Below, one piece after another: positions 62,620 through 64,000 of a stretch of DNA of 64,000 bases. The position numbers and the translations under genes are program-made. Under the pieces are notes generated by a model. It was not told the origin of the DNA and did not search any database. It saw nothing but the letters and a program-made list of their open reading frames with translations. Within the stretch, counting starts at the first letter, position 1, and each line of letters opens with the position of its first letter. Origin of the DNA: Selaginella moellendorffii (taxonomy: Eukaryota; Plantae; Lycopodiophyta); assembly GCF_000143415.4 (NCBI RefSeq), contig NW_003314303.1, forward strand, positions 496,460-560,459, given 5' to 3'.

Positions 62620-64000
62620 CGCTTTGGGCTTCACCTTGACCCGTATTAGTATGTGTATTAGTACTCGGACTCGGTCTCGGACTCGGTCTCGGACTCGGTC
62701 TCGGACTCGATCTCGGACCCGACTTCGGACTTGACCTCGGACTCGGTCTCGGACCTGATTTGGATCTCGAACTCTATCTCGAACTCGGTCTCAAACTCGG
62801 TCTCTGATTAGGCCTCTATCTTGAACTCGGTCTCAAACTCGGTCTCCGATTAGGCCTCGGACTCGATCCCGGACACTATCTCAAACTCGGTCTCAGAGTT
62901 AGTCTTGGACTCGATCTTTGACTCGGTCCTATCCGATGAACTCTTTGTCATTTTAGTCATGCTTTCGGGGATCCTTTAGCCTACGACACCTTGGCGAGTT
63001 GGTTCCTTACAACTCCACCACCCATAGAAGAAATTCGATGCCCACATCGAACGTCTCTTTTTCTTTTTTATCCTACGACTTTTTGACCATGTCTCCGGGG
63101 GCATCCCCCCACTTAGTGGTATGCCTAAGTTAGCCTCCCTAGCCAAGAGCCCATACGGACTATAGGTGTCCCTATACTCCTCACCTCACCACGCCCTAGT
63201 ATGGGGTCGGGACTTGAACCTAGCCTTGCTTTACTAGGGGGTTGGGACTCGAACCCTACCTCCATAGAATATGTCTACAGATTCAACATCCCCGCAGGGA
63301 GTCGGGTGTAGTTCCCTACGCCTGGTCGACCTAGCTAACCCATGCTAATTAGCTTACCTTCGGCGCGCCTTCAGATCCCAACATATGCCATTTCTCAACT
63401 TCACAAATTCATACTTTAATTGAACTTTGCATAAGTACATAGAGTTCTGCCTTGCAGAAATTCCTCCACTAGATCTTACACGTTTGCTAGATTCTCCTCT
63501 GGTTCCCATGTTGCTTCGCAGTGTGGAAATCCTTTCCACTTCACATGGAACTCTCTCACCTCGCGTCCTTGTCGCTTGCTTTTGTGCGCATTGAGAATGG
63601 CCTCGACTTTGTATTCCTCTTCCCCTTGGATAACCTTAGGTAAAAGTTTTACTTGGTCCTTGCGAAGCGGATCCTCAAAATACACCTTGAGTAAGTTCAC
63701 GTGGAACACGGGGTGCATCTTCCCCATCTCTCGAGGAAGTTGGAGACGGTAAGCCACTTTACTGATTCGAGCCTCAAACTTATAAGGCCCCGCAAACTTG
63801 CTTAAGGAACTCAAGATCAATTCATTTACAGGAATACATGCATTTTTACCTTTGGGTCAACTTCTGGCTGATCCCACTTGGTAGCCTGAGGTTCTTGGTG
63901 TTCAGCCACACCTTCTCCCCAGCTTGGAACTCTACATCCCGATGCTTCTGGTTCGCGTACTTGGTTTGCCTTTGTTGAGCCTGTTCCAAGGAATCCCTCA
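62620..64000 (-). mobile_element. 3' end of a chromoviral Gypsy (L3): integrase C-terminus and chromodomain (63476-64000), PPT, start of 3' LTR (63011 leftward)
   Basis: KFAGPY...AYRLQLP..MHPVFHVNLLK...EEYKVEAIL...FHVKWKGFPHCEATWEPEENL. PPT is the reverse complement of ACTCCACCACCCA (63012-63024). Confidence 0.85.

Noticed and set aside
61657-62634. Long ORFs spanning N runs (also 55528-56118 and 16226-16693)
   Set aside because: They are artefacts of assembly gaps.

Overview
Repeat-dense eukaryotic region, inferred to be from a land plant: CCCTAAA telomere units, tRNA-Met-primed chromoviral Gypsy elements, and very short 45-57 nt introns of the kind seen in compact seedless-plant genomes. 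I found no ordinary host gene. The background is nested, decayed Ty3/Gypsy LTR retrotransposons and solo LTRs. Inserted into them are three young, near-identical copies of a ~10.2-kb cut-and-paste DNA transposon: copy A 1432-11501, copy B 11502-20509 (inverted relative to A) and copy C 46505-56713. Copy C has 24-bp TIRs and a 4-bp TSD (CATA). The element carries two divergent genes. One is a ~1020-aa Sola-like DDD transposase with extra N- and C-terminal beta-barrel-like domains. The other is a spliced cargo gene, split into several ORFs in the track, that joins a ParB/Srx-like (SGQHS) region, an acidic tract and an FCP1/SCP-type HAD phosphatase domain. About 20 copies of one 22-bp palindrome (ATGGCRTG-N6-CAYGCCAT) lie in the element's introns, UTRs and exons, and I saw none in the flanks. 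This cargo-protein plus dispersed-palindrome arrangement is the best candidate for an undescribed system, for example self-recognition or anti-silencing. All family assignments are from motif recognition only; no searches were run.
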